Of a stretch of DNA of 64,000 nt, positions 18,501 to 32,760 are shown in pieces. Position 1 is the stretch's first letter. Each line of letters opens with the position of its first letter. Source of the DNA: Tubiluchus corallicola. Taxonomy: Eukaryota > Animalia > Priapulida. The stretch lies in the NCBI GenBank assembly GCA_030141605.1, contig JAQGDQ010000101.1, forward strand, positions 124,001 through 188,000, written 5' to 3'. Position numbers and translations under genes: made by a program. The notes under the pieces were generated by a model, which searched no databases, was not told the origin of the DNA, and was given only the letters and a program-made list of their open reading frames with translations.

Positions 18501-21500
18501 TTGAGCCTGACGAAACCCAGGTTTGAGAAACTGGCGTCCGAAAAACAGGCTCATCCGTCCCACTAACTGAGATTTTGTTGTTGTCATTCATTTCTTCTTG
18601 TTTTCGTTTGTTCGAGTAATAATTACTCGAACGAACCTGCTCACCCAGTAATGAGCAGGTTCAGTAATTGTAATTCTTGTTTTGGCAACAATACAACAAC
18701 AACACCTGGAAATTTATTTATGTCACGAGCAAACATAAATAATTTTGCTTGCTTGTGGCATATACGTGTGTTTGCTTTTTGAGTTGGAGAAGTAGTACTA
18801 GGTGGGGGGTAATGGACACGACCGGGTTTCCCGATTTGGGTAACGGTCCGAGAAAGTTTGGGAACCACTGACTTATAACCTATGTTTGGCACTGTCATGC
18901 AGTTATCTCCATGAGTGTAAAAATTTGCCCGCTCTCAGACAAATTTTCCTTAGGCCACATTTCCACTGCCTCCTCATAGACAAATACTTTTCTGTCTGCA
19001 CGTTTTTAGTCTGCAAAAGTTGTTTCCATTGGGACGTACTCATTCCGTACAAAATGGCATAAACATGCCAAAACTTTAGCTCAAAATTTTAGACATGAGT
19101 CTTTCTAGAAGAAAAAGTGTGGTGGTTGAAGAAAAAGGCAAGTAGGTGATACAGGATGTGATAACATCGTTTTTGGGTACACCCAATATTTGAATATTAT
19201 ATTCTCCCTATTTATCTTCTTTCTTCATTTCTGCTGCTGACTCAATGCCCTGACAGCACCAAAGTATTGGTCTACTTTAACTTAACTATTTTTCACTTGG
19301 TGGTGAAAGCAAACAGTGGCAGTTTCAATGAGATATAGTTCGAAGACTTTCAAAATATCTACTGTGCTTTTTCTCCATCCTAGTAGTCTACCACAGTATC
19401 TTTTGATTTTGCATGCCCACATGTTGCAATTTTTGCAGCGTGCTTTTAGTGGGCTTTAAAAGGACTAGTTGTGTTCACCTCAAATAAAAACTGGGTTTTA
19501 TTATAAAGCTAACAATGTTTTGAAGCTTGTAATTTTTTCCGCTGTTTTAGGGACAAGGTCGAAATGCTGTGGCAATAGCGTGTGTAAATATATATTGCAA
19601 ATTTAAAAAAAATTCATACACAACCAGAACCACAAAATCAGGCCTAAATTTACAGAAGTGCAGTGGTAATGGAAAGTGGCAGCCTTAAGGTTTACTGTTT
19701 CAGTATATAGTTAGTATAGATACAGTCCACAAATTCCTACTGCAAAAATTAAACTTGGTACTATTTAGTAAACATTTTACATTTTGCTGCACAAAGTTGA
19801 AATTGTGTTGTATTTAGCACCAGAACTAGGGTGTCATCCCGGATTTGTACAGCAAGTTCGTATGTTTGTTCATAGCAGAAATCGCTCTGTCTCGGCGTTG
19901 TTTTAAATTCAGTATTAAACTTGTTGGCTGGTGCCTACTTCCCATGTCTTTCAAACATGCACTTATCATTTTGTGCGACGAGGTCGATTTTGAGATCTTA
20001 AATTTTTCTCTGCATTATTTTACCTGACGTGTTGTGTGCATTGCTGTTATTTGTGGACGAAATCAATTGCATACAGGCTGAAATTTTTCTTTCTGTTGGA
20101 ACAGATGACAAAAAAATATTTGAGAGGCTTGGATTCATACAATAAGTTCTGCTTGATTATACAGTTCTATACTATGCTTTCTGGCTTTTGCACAACATTA
20201 CTACTGTACTATATCATCTAATGCCCATTTTGGTATGTGATCTTATACTAACTTATGTGAGATTGTATCTGTTGTTTTTTGCAGATGAAGGAGATTTTCT
20301 GGCTCTGGACCTTGGAGGATCCCGGTTTCGTATTCTTTTGGTTAGTCTTCACAGTCAAAAATGTGAAACCATCTTTCAGTGTGACGACCTTCCAGACCAC
20401 GTTCTTGTTGGTGACGGGCGCGATTTATTTGATTACATTGCATCCAGCATTTACAAGTTCATAGAAAAGCACAACCTGAAAAATAAGAAACTTCCACTTG
20501 GTAATTTGTTACTACTTTGTGCAGTGCTGACTGCATTTGTAAGAAAACTGTATTTGTTTATAAATGTTTAATAATCATGAAAAGTGTTTTTATTATTAAT
20601 TTTACAGTTTGCTTTCTACAGTTATTTGTCATATGCAAGCCATCTGGCACTTTTATACAATGCTTACTTTATATTTGTTGGTCAGCCTTAACTCTTGAGG
20701 TTCAGAATGAAGCACAATGTTAGTTGCCAAATCAGAATTGATAAATTTACTAACAAAAAATTATGTGAAACAACAATTTGCCTAACCAGACAGCTGATTT
20801 GCTGAACAATGTATATACTGAGAAACTGTGATCAAGTCGGGACTTTAACCCATGACCTTACGATTGTAAAGTTCTCTTACATTGTGCTCATAAGATTAAC
20901 AGCTCTGAATTCTCATGTTTATAGCATTCAGTTAACAGTGCAATGCTTCATTTTTCAACAGTCATGATTACAAGAACTTGGTTAACTAGTAACTACTGAA
21001 GATCAAAGCCCTCCAGTTTATAAATATATTATATATATACCTAATCTGCAAAGAAATTTTCTGCAAATATGCTGTTAGACTTATCTATTATATAGTTTTA
21101 ATAACTTGTTACTTTTCTTGTAAAAACTGTTTAATATAGGATTTACATTTTCATTCCCAATGGTCCAGAAGAGTTTACGGTGTGGTCTTCTTGTGACCTG
21201 GACAAAGAGTTTTAAGTGTACTGGATGTGTGAATGAAGATGCCGTAAAACATCTAGAAGATGCCATACAAAGACACGGGGTAAATGTGTGTGTGTGTGTG
21301 TGTGTGCGCGCGCTTTGTCGTACAAATCTGCACACTACAAGCGGCGATCCAATACTCATTGAGAGGGCCTACTTAAGGCCAACAATAAAAATTCTTCTGT
21401 TTCCATCTAGTTGCCCGGGTAATGTTTTTTCTATCGCGCACCCGGCCGGGAATTATAATTTTTTTTTGTACATTCATATACTTACTTGCTACAGTCATGT

Positions 21501-24500
21501 AAAAGCATATTTTTTCATTTAAAACGTAAAACACAATAATTATTATAACATCGTTCTTTTGGCGAGCACTTGTTTTGCCATCACTCGGCCAGGGTTGCCG
21601 TTTTGTATGATGCTCATTGTGTTGAAGGCTAAAAGTATCGAATTTTACCAAATCGGTGTAGCAATGGCCGCATAGTATTACCTCTTATATCTTAATTATC
21701 AGAACGTACACTTTCAGGATACAAAAAAGAGACTACTGTAACCGATAATTATATGATAATTTAGTAATGCGAAACTAAGAAACAAAATATGAAAAAATGT
21801 GCATTGAAAAAAATTAAAACATTAGTGCTAACCAGCGAAATAATCAAACTTAGATATCAACTGATCTGTTTGCTCACTTAACGCTAAAGTTGCCGAATTT
21901 AAGAAATAAATCTCAATATAAATTCAATAAGATTTAATGTTTATGTTGTATTGTGTGTAGCGAATTGAAATTGATATAATTGTAGGTGATAGTAATTAAG
22001 TTACCGTAAAATATAACTAAAGTGTGTTAATTTAATATAGTTATTACACAAACATAAAAATAAATCTTTTTGATCTTTATCTGTATTTGTGTTTTTGCAA
22101 AAACATATAGCAGTTTTTTTTAGTTTACATAGTTATTAATTTATTTTTAGAAAATGAATGTAGAAATAGTTGCTATTCTTAATGACACAACAGGGACACT
22201 AATGGCTGGAGCATTCTTAGACGAAAAATGCAAAGTTGGTGTAATATTGGGTAAGTGTACCCTATTTTTGACGGGTAATGAGTGAACTGGAAATCACCGC
22301 ACACATAATTTAAATTCAGTCATTATTATGTAAGCAATTAAAAGCTAATGCGATGAGTTTTCTTAATTCTTTAACACTACCCAATGAGTTTACAATTAAT
22401 TTTAGTATTTGTCTTGTTTGCTTGTCACAATGTTGACGTTTGTATCTTTTACACTGTATTTTTATTTAGATGGGTTGTTCGTGATCATGACATAGGGTAC
22501 GTGGAAACATTGCAGATCTTTGCTTAAGTGGGTGCTGGCAGTCACTTTTGTGAACAACTTTGTTACTCATATGGTGTCATTTAAGATTTTTTCCTCATCA
22601 CCAGTCAGTTTCTAAAGTTGTTTATCATTTCCTCAAACATTTTTTCACTTTCATCTTTAATGACTTTTTGTGTTAATAACAACACAGCAACAATGTTGTA
22701 TTGTTATAAGATGCATTATATATATATATAAGATGAATCAACCAGTGTTATTGTTGATAAAATTGCATTATGTAACTGAATAAAGTTCACGTGTAGGTAC
22801 TGGATTTAACTCCTGCTATGTGGAAAGACTTGAAAACGTTAAATACTGGGATGGAGATGTGGATGACCCCAAGCAAGTATGCTTTTGTAAACTTTATTTT
22901 AACAGACTGCAAAAGACAATGTATGCAATAATTTAAAATAATCTGGAAATAGTTATATATATATATATATATATATACTTAGCATTTGCAGTTAAACAAC
23001 ACTACTAGGTTAAATAATGGATAAGTGACTGCTAGGCAAATTGCTTTTGGGTAGCTTCTTCTGCCAACTGCTTCACTGCTTCAGGCAGCTCTAAGTATTA
23101 GATATAAGGCAGTATTGCTGGCAGTTATAACTGTGTTTCAGACCTGCTATAAGTAGGCTGTGCTGTTAAGTACTGGATGCCCCCATATGCCGACCTGAAT
23201 AAAAAAAGGAGATTTCTAGTTACACCAGTATGGCAAAAATCTTATGGCAAACTGCACTTACTGAAACAGCCTATTTCCCGTATTTTAGACACGATTTACA
23301 ATTTTTGCAAACATATTGATGGTTTACCTTGAGCACGTTAACTGTTGTTAAAACAGTGAACATTTTAAATTTGGTTAAATGATGTTTCGAAGTCTTATAG
23401 TCACTTGTTGCATTTAATTCCAATAATACTATCTTTCATTTTATTTTATATTTTACTGTATTTTATTTTATTTCACTTTCATTTGATTAGCTTCTACAAA
23501 ATTCATTGATTTGCTACGTGTTATGAATGGAAAGGTTTCTAAATTTAGTAGAGAAAGATGATTAAGACAAGAGGGTTTACTACTGAAAACTCGACCATTG
23601 TTTTTTTAACTTTGTATACTCCATGTCCTCCCTAGTAAAATAAAGCTGATGTTGTATTTGCATGTCATAAACGTACATTATGGTTTTGAAAGACACTAAA
23701 TAATAGATGTGAAAATAATTATTAAATGTTTATTTTAAGGTGTTAATTGATACTGAGATGGGGGCATTTGGAGACAATGGCGTGCTAGATTTTTTTAAAA
23801 CGTCATATGATTTTGAGGTAGACCGCCACTCGAATCATGTACACTCTTTTACGTAAGTAAGATTTCTGTCTGAAGCTTATTGCTGATAGATTTTCTTCAC
23901 TGCCAGCATTTCCAAATATGATGGCTTGTCTAAGTTCTAACGTTGAAAGTAAGCATGAGTTCGTAACGTAGGTCTACAATGTGCAAATTTTATTTGCTTG
24001 ATTATAAGTAAGTAAGCAATTTATTGTCATTATAGCATAATACATACAATGAAATTTGAAATCTTTAACAATTTCTACAGCTCTGTTATTTATAAGCAAG
24101 GGTGCTTTTCCATCAGTCTCTTTTTTAAAATCTGCGATAATTTCTTTTGTTTTTGAAACATTCAGTTCTAAATTATTCTGTTCGCAAGAGCGCATAAAAC
24201 CAAGTCGCCATATACAGGCGCCATTTTGTCTAATACAAAAAATGGTGTGAATTCCATCTAGTATCCATCAGTAGTCAACCATTTTGCAGATTATCATTGT
24301 TACACGTAGCACTATTTTCATGACAGCCAAGAAAATTTGTTCACATAGAAAAGACACCAATTTTTTTGTGTTTATTAGAACTTTATTTATGATTTATTAT
24401 GTCATAACATTAGCATCCAAGAATCAATTAGTTGTAAGTGACTGAATGCAAAATTTGTGTGTGCAATATTATTGTATGTTTTACTATGTACTTTTTTTAA

Positions 24501-27500
24501 TTATTTGTGCAGCCTGTAGTTAACATGGAGGGCTTACTGCACAGTGCTGTGCCATGTCTTATGCACTTTCAGAACGTTTAAAATATGTTTTGGTTAAGAT
24601 CGATTACTAGTTTAAAGTGTGTTAATGTTAAACTGGTATCAAAGAAGCCATGCTAAACTAGAATGTGCTCTTAACCAGTTGAGAACAGATAAACATTTTG
24701 TCTTCTTTTTTAGCTGCCAGTTCAAATTTAAATTGCACGTCTTAATTTAAATTTTTAATATGATTTTAATAAGGCCACACACATTTTCTTCTGTTTTTAA
24801 CTTTTTCGTTAATGAAATAGTTTGCGTGTTTACATGCCTTCTGACTTTAGTCTACTGTGTAGTTATTTTAAGTGCTAATTTTAAACATACCTTTATTCTT
24901 TGCAGATTTGAGAAACTGTTTGCTGGTCATTACCTAGGTGAGATTCTTCGTCTTGTCATGGTCAGACTTATTCAACATGGCCTATTGTTCGGGGGCAGTA
25001 AATCTAAAATTATCCAAGAGCGGTGGAGATTACCAACAAGTGCTATTACAGATGTAGAGCTGTATGTTCTATTTATGTATTTATATGAATTTTTTAGTTC
25101 GTCGGAATGACAGCCAGAATGCAGCATTCAAATGCAGGAGCTATTGTTATTTTGCAGTCAATTTGAGTAGTTTGATGAAATTTCAGCTAAACCTCTAATA
25201 ATTGCATTAAACAGTCAATGAAACACTATAAACCCCATTTATACCATTTTTGTTTTATTCTAAAGAGGTAGTTCAGTATCTCAAGTCTAATTATTTGCAA
25301 CTGCTACTGCTACTGGTTTTACCATCTACTAAAAAATAAAATCAATGTGTTTTTCTCTTGGTTGCCTCCAAAGTGCCCAACCAAAATTAGAAAACACGAA
25401 AACATGCTCCTAAAGATAGATTTGTTAAAGTTGTTGAACATCTTTATTTATCTTAGTTATCCAAGTTGTTTTAGGTTTGCCAGGTGGTTTTTTGCATGAT
25501 TTTAAGGCTTCCTTTAAGGCAATTTGTACCATGGTGCTTCATTTGGTAATCTTAGAAGATGTCCTAGCCATCTTAATCTTCGGATCTTGACTTTTGAACT
25601 CCAATAAATTTCTTTTGTTCTGATGTATAAATCTTCACTTTAATTATGTATGGCCATCTTGCCTTTAAAACTTTCCTAAGAAGGCTTCTATGAAATGTGT
25701 CAATCTGCATTTCTTGAGTAATCGTTAAACCCCAAGTTGTTCATAAATATGCTGGTAACGTAAGCATTAAATAATCAAAGTCTTACGTTACGACGTAATG
25801 TCTTGCTAGTTAATACATTCTCGTATTGAAGAAAAGCAAGCTTTGCTTGTTAACTTTTACTTTTAATATCATCTTCGGTGCTCAGAAAAGTGCCCATGTA
25901 CTTGCACTTTTTCCAAGACCGATTACCATCTCTTGCAATAATGTATTCTTCTGTTTTTGACTGGTTTACTTAAAGATTTCTTTTCTCTAGTTTTTTGGAA
26001 AAATCCCTTTTTATTGTGCTTGTTTGAAAATTTGATGCACTAATCCACATGTATCTTACATTATTTAAATTCCACATTTATTTATATTCTATTATATAGA
26101 GACATGCAAAATGGGTCACTTGAACGAACTAAAGCTGTTCTGAAAGATATGGAGCTCCTTGAGTATGCAACAGACAATGATTACAAAATCATAAGATATA
26201 TATGTGCACTATTATCTGTACGTGGCGGCTATCTTGTTGGATCAAGTATGTAAACTTTCTTATAGTTATACTGAATAAGCCTTTTCACAGTTGCATTGTG
26301 CGCACGTGCCCTCGCTGCCTGTTAAAGGTTAGGTGAACCACAGCAATGCGTCTTAACTACAACTGTCACATGACATATATGTAAACCAAAGCTGTCTCCT
26401 GCATCAGTTCAGTAACTTGAGTTGTTTTACGTGGACCTCATTTAATTTTGCATTAGTCTGCGAGTAGAGTGATTTATTAGCAGGATCTAGCTTTGGAACA
26501 AGGTAAATGAATTAGGTAAGGTTCTAGTTAGCTGTTAAAACTGTTATTATTACAATAGCTTGGGCTGTGATGCATTGTCAAGTGTACATAAATGTGTTGT
26601 CTGGTTTACTTAACCTCTGACCTTTTCACGATAATCATCAGTTGTTGGGACTGTGAAAAGGCTTTTTGAAATATGTTACGTCTGTCTGTCTTGTTAGCCA
26701 ATAGCCAACAGTGCCCGCTTCACACCGAACAACAATACTATTTTAATGACTATTTCTGATTGCTGTTTGTTTGTTTATGCAGAATCGCTGGCCACAATCA
26801 CAGTAACTGGGGGAGAAAAATAGAAACTTTTGAGATGTCTAAAGTCATGGCTGTATAAGCTGTGGATCTCTATTAGAATGTTTGAAATGTTGTGCTTTTT
26901 CACTGCTTTATTGTGGAATCTTTTAACAATGGTTGGCATTGGTGTTCGTACTGCTGCCGCTACTGCCTTTTTGTTATCCTTGTCATTATTGGTAGTGGTG
27001 AGAAAAAATAACAAGGTGATGACAATACTGATGATGATGATGATAATGATAACAACAGCATTGATGTATTACACAGTTTTCATTTGGAAAAATTACTTTC
27101 AATTGTGTTAGAAACGTTTTTTGGAAACTGTTCAAAAACGCTCATAGAAAATAATTTTTCCTGATAAAAACTATGTAAGTGCTCTAATTTTGGCTAACCA
27201 CCATCTGAAATGTATTTTACCTAGATGCAGAACAGAGAGATTCAAGAACAGTTTTATCTGATATATGGTTTATTTGATTTCAAAACACAAGTTTAGACTC
27301 ATTTTAATTTATGTCGATCATGTATGTTGTAACAGTGTGATAGTACTTCTCGTTGTATATTCTATCTCGCTTATTTTTTTAAAAAATTTATATTTTGTAA
27401 TTTTATGCGGTGCTGTTGTGATGATTCACTGGTATAAAACTATTACATCACAATTTAATTCAGGCGGTTTATAGTCATTCCCTCAAATGTAAAGCTACGT

Positions 27501-29713
27501 TCATATGTTCACCATACGTGTGGCAAACCAAACATAAAAACATTATGCAGACAGAGCTCAAAATTTATACTAATTTGTCAGGATAATCACTTTTGCTAAT
27601 TTCATCGCCAAACATTTATGTTCAGTGTTGGGGTAATTTGCCCATAGGACTCGATTGTTTTACTGGAAAATTATCATCTAGTAGTTAACTGTAAGATGTT
27701 TTTACGAAATTAGAAGCAAAACTATTGAACTTATGAATGCAGTGTGAATCATTCGGTATATTATCAAACAAGAAAACAAAGAACAATTATACGTACAATG
27801 GTTCCCGTTGGCCAGCTCGTCTAGGATGCAACAAAAAGTGTGCACAGTTGTAATTCCACAATCCACTCCAGAAGTAACGGGAATGCTCCACCACATAGCC
27901 GATCCACAGGTCTTTATACGGCACAAGTAGTTATATGAGGAATAGTAGTTGTGCCTCTGCACCTCTGCTACTGCTGAATAGCGTATCCGGGATGCTGCAG
28001 ATTCCACCACTATGTGAATGCTGCACAAATACTCTGAAAGCTTCAGAATCCCTCGCAGGATGGGTTGTCCAATATTTCCTCTAAGTGGAGAAGTAAGGCA
28101 AAACAATCACTTCACTCGCGAATCTAGCTGCTGCTATGAAAGGTTTCACTACAACATTGTGCATTTAACTATTGTCTCTTATGACACATCAACAGAATTT
28201 TGCCATTAACGTCAAAAATAGAATGTATCGACAAAATGTCAAACTGAAGAAAGGTACCAAGTATGTTGACTAGATAAAGACGTCCTATATAGAAATCTAT
28301 TCAACAGAAAAATTCGGTACCTGAATGAAGTCGGCAAAAACTTAGCCTAGTTAGAATGACTTTGTATGCAGTGCATCGTATGTCATTCAAAATCTAACGG
28401 CGGTGAATGAACTTGTATATCAGCCTGTTAACTAGCAGTCATGTATCGCATGTAATTCTACCTTTTGGTTGTAGTGATGATAAATAAACTTATTATATTT
28501 GTCGTTCAAAATTGTTAGGTATTATATTCATTGTTAACTGCAAACATTTTCTTTAGCGATATTAATTTACAAGGCTGTAACTTTATTTATATGAAGGCAA
28601 CTGAATACTGCTTTTCTGTTACATTAGCAATGGCCGTCTTTCTAAACCGGATCAAGGAGCCAGACGTAACAATAGCTGTGGATGGCTCATTATACCAACA
28701 TCATCCGCGACTGCATGATCTCATGATGAAGAAAATTGCTCAATTTGCACCAAATTACAAGGTAAATGTACAGAAGCTTTTTAATTAGTTATTCTCTTTG
28801 TAATTACTGCATTTTGGCGAGAGTGGATGTGGTTCCTATACAACTGTTGTCTACGTGCACTTTTAGAAATGCAATAAACTATGTATATCTCTAACTGGTA
28901 TAGCTCGAATTCTTGCGTATCTGGAACAAATCTCATGGAATGGATTTTTCCTTTAACAAACATTGTGTAATTCGAATTACCTCGTAACTCGAACAGAATT
29001 CTTAAAAATCTCACTGAAATTTTTTCACCTCTCTTGAACAGCCTCCCAAGCAAGAAATCTGCGTGAAAGTGTGCATCACATTACGATTTTAACTGCTAGC
29101 TTCAGCAAATATGCTAAGATTTCTTGTATTACCTTAGCAGAACATTGAATTCATCATGGCTTAACGAACATGGTTTAATAACTAGTTCACATTATTATTG
29201 CCAAATTCTATTAACCATGCCACTCAAACTACTGCAGAGGTGGACCAATCATTATATTTTTGATTCATAAAAACATTTTGTTTCAGATTTGATTAAAGGC
29301 TTAGTTTGTCATTTTCACAGGCTGTAGTGTTACTACTGCATTGTCTGACAGCGGTGACTCAAACTTGTTTTCTAACGAACATTGTCTAAATCGTACTTTC
29401 GCATAACTCGTACACATTTTCCAGTCCCGAGGTGTTTTTAGTTATGTATAGTTTACTGTATGTGTGTAGGTTAAAGTGATAAAATTAAGATATTTTAATT
29501 CAATACAATATAACCAAGTGCAGCAAAGAAATTATGAGCTTAAAAACCTATTACAAAATGACGATGTTAATAACTTATTTGCTATAATTATTTAAGTTTT
29601 TTTTGCAGTGTAACATGATTCTAGCAGAAGACGGAAGTGGTAAAGGTGCTGGCTTGGTGGCGGCCGTAGCCGTTCGATTAGACAGAGAAAAAACTGTGAA
29701 AACCAGATTATAA
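15597..29713 (+). CDS. HK: Hexokinase, single-domain type, 470 aa, 11 exons
   Basis: Exons 15597-15650, 17629-17797, 20285-20500, 21140-21279, 22151-22250, 22797-22876, 23740-23852, 24906-25061, 26100-26245, 28628-28761, 29609-29713; all GT-AG, phase compatible, total 1413 nt. Motifs [71 protein letters not shown]. Exon 1 is the least certain. Confidence 0.95.
17902..18870 (+). mobile_element. Non-autonomous hAT (Buster/Charlie-like) DNA transposon in hexokinase intron 2
   Basis: 12-bp TIR CAGTGGTTCCCA / TGGGAACCACTG; 8-bp TSD ACTTATAA (17894-17901 and 18871-18878) with central TA typical of Buster; remnant C-terminal dimerisation domain at 18228-18566 ([23 protein letters not shown]...QAHPSH). 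Confidence 0.95.
24054..24195 (-). mobile_element. LINE reverse transcriptase fragment (CR1/L2/Rex-Babar-like)
   Basis: Translation [22 protein letters not shown]...[16 protein letters not shown] is the typical post-YADD RT segment of non-LTR elements. Confidence 0.75.
25440..26045 (-). mobile_element. Degenerate LINE RT C-terminal fragment (RTE-like)
   Basis: Minus-strand translation with stops: [17 protein letters not shown]...[18 protein letters not shown]...AKLAF...[10 protein letters not shown]. Boundaries approximate. Confidence 0.65.
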
Positions 29714-32700
29714 CGAAATACTGATGACCTTCAAAAGGAAATCCTACTCTGAATATGACTTTACTATTTTTAAAAGCCACCTCTATTGCTTGGAAAATGC
29801 ATGTCGGGTTAGAGAACTGACAAAGAAACTGCTAATAATTTATATTAAACTATCATGACAATTGCTGGTTGTAATTTATACTCGTGCTGTTTCTTATTTT
29901 GACATGGTTTTGTAGATAATTTGGCTGTAAGTGCCATTAATACTGTTCATAGCTGAAATTTCAAGGAATTTAGTGGTGCTGCAGAATGTTACAAGTTTAT
30001 TAGTTTAAACAGTGGTTGCCAAAAGAAGGCTCTCCGACCTCGTTGGTGTCTTTGGTCGATCCATAATAGTATGACATTGAACAAATGTAATGAGATGTTT
30101 TGATGGTAAACATTTCACTTTCTATGAAGCCATATTGTTTGTTAGTAAATAGTGGAGATGTAATGTAATTGTAACACTGTCATTACAGTAATGCCAGCTA
30201 AAAATAGAAAGTGTATAAGAATCGAATGTAGACTGATTTTGCCAATCGAATCCAGTCGGATCAAATCTGCCTATTTTTCCAAATAAAACTGAACAAATTC
30301 TATTGCTTTGTTTTGTCTTCTGTTAAAACACTTTCAATAATATTTTCAGTTATTTCTCTGCAGGTTAGAAAGAACTATAGCTAAATAACTCAAGCGTGTG
30401 CTCAAACAACTGAAGTGAAACAATGCTGAGTCTAATTAGTAAGTGGGTGGGTGGCCGGTTTAGAAAGTGCTGCATCCTAGCTTGCAGGGTGGTGAACTTT
30501 TTTCAATACAGTATCATATCACCACAAACATGGCAGAAGGTAATATGACTCATATAGCCCAACTGATGACACATACGTATTTCTGCATTATAATGTTCTG
30601 TATAAATTAATTAATATAATTCTTTGACTAACCACTGTATTTTTGTGCTTGTGTTTTGAATTCTGTAATTGTTCTTTGTTCACAAGATGAATTCTGTAAA
30701 AAGTACTTGAATTGAATTTTATCATATGTCATACGTCATACTTGTATACGTTATACGAGTTCTATGTCATACTACTTGTGTCTGTACTTCTTTTTGTATC
30801 TGCATTCTACATGAAGCTATTGCCGATTTTCAGTCTGCCCGTATATATGCTTCTGCCTGGTATGCTGCATACTTAGTACATAGCACACATTACTACACAC
30901 TAGCAAATTAAATTTATGAACCAGCTATTGGTAAATAAAAAATTTCCTCATCTTATGGACACATAAACGTATTTGGCTTTACTAAAGTGGTGGAAATATA
31001 AATATTGATTCAGAACAGGTGACGTTATAGTTAACAGGAAAACAATGTACTGATAAAGAGGCTCTATAGAAAAACTAGGTTTGTAACTGGCAACAAAATG
31101 GTTTTTATGACCATGCATAGGCATTTAGAAACCATTGACGAGAGGTCCTTAAGCCATCTTCCACGAAAGTACAGATAGTAAAGGTTTGATGTAGTAATAG
31201 ACCCTTCGACTGCACAGAACTGTACTTGAGTAAACGATAACTGAGCACGAGACGTGATGGCATAATGAATTCAGTGGCTCAGGTAATTTTTATGCATCCC
31301 AGATACAAGTTGCTGAAAAGACTACCATGGAGCTAAGTTAATAGTTTTGCATATGTTTCTACAAATATTGGTTGAATTTTGCTGTTTTAGCTGTACATGC
31401 TATACAGCTTGAGCTGGAAGCACCCTGTTCAATTCAGATTTAAAAAAAATGAAAAATATTTGAATGTCCATTTTTTGAAAAAAATTACCTCCTGATGTCT
31501 ATTGTTTATCCCATATTGTCTTATAGTTCACAAAATGGCACATAAAAAGGCATAAACATAAACTTAAAATATTTCATCTTTGATAGTTACATTAATAAAA
31601 GCAAATAGTTTTGCATACTTAAAACTAATTAAATTTATCTAAGAGTTCTTGGCATAAAGTAACAACGTTTTGCTGTACAGGCATTTTTAGCTTTAATTTT
31701 TGCGTTTGAATCGCTTATGCTCACTGCTCAAGGGACTGTTATTTCAAAATGCAGTGTAATTTCTCAATGCAGATAAAACTAAAAATCATATTGAAAAATA
31801 TTAACAAATACAGTGTAGTTCATTGATAGTGCAACAATTCAGTATTTTACAGTTTAAATACGTGTACTGCACTGTAGCGTAAAACCAGAAATGAAATTAT
31901 TTTTGAAAGATCTTTCGTAGCTATGGATTAGTGTTTGCTCAGATGGGACGTAAAACTGGGCAACTTTTGTTTGCAACGGCTTTACAGCAGGTGTCCTTTT
32001 AAAGATTTCCGCGTCTGACAAGACAGGGTGTTTTATGTTGAAAAGCTGACAGACGACGGCGCGTAAATTTTGAAAAATTATTTACAGGCTTGCAGTAGCC
32101 TTATAAGAAAAGTGAGAAGTAGAAAAAGAAACAAGTTAACTGAATAACCAGAAACCTTTAATATCAAGTAAATGTTGAGTACATTCAGAGTTCCAAAATA
32201 TAATCATTAAATCTACAGAATAGCCATGGAAAAAGTAAAAAATGACGTTCAGTTGTACATTACAGCCTTTTCATGGGATGGAATGGAATTTTCAGCTAGA
32301 TAGCACAATTTGAAGAAAAGGTTCAAATTACAGCACTGGGCTGCAGTGTTGCTTTACATTGACTAACGTGTAATGTGTTAAATTTTAACGATCTTTGGCT
32401 GTATTAAATACCAAAGTCAAAGTTAAGAAACGAACCGCGTTAAACGGCATCTATGGAGATGCCGACCTAGACAACTAGTCCTAGAGACTTGATAGCGGCA
32501 AAGCAAGTTTTATAGAATAAGTGCAGATGTCGCGTGGCTGATCAATGAATAATTAATTTCGCTTGTTTGCGCTTACTAATAATGTGTTTGTGTCTGGTAA
32601 AAGCAACAAACGGTTCAGTCGACTCTTGGCAACGTGCATCAATAATCCAGAATAATCATTCTAGTAACACTTCTGTTACGTGTATCATTAACATTCGCTG

Positions 32701-32760
32701 ATCCGTAATGTGTACCTGAGCAGTGAAGAATATATTCGCTTCACAAATCATTAATATACG

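Noticed and set aside
18951-19687. PIF/Harbinger-like MITE
   Set aside because: Ends are only loosely complementary and the TSD is ambiguous.
28880-29460. pogo-like MITE in hexokinase intron 10
   Set aside because: Subterminal TCGAA/TCGTA-type repeats and one TA-flanked end are suggestive, but no matching second TIR could be defined.
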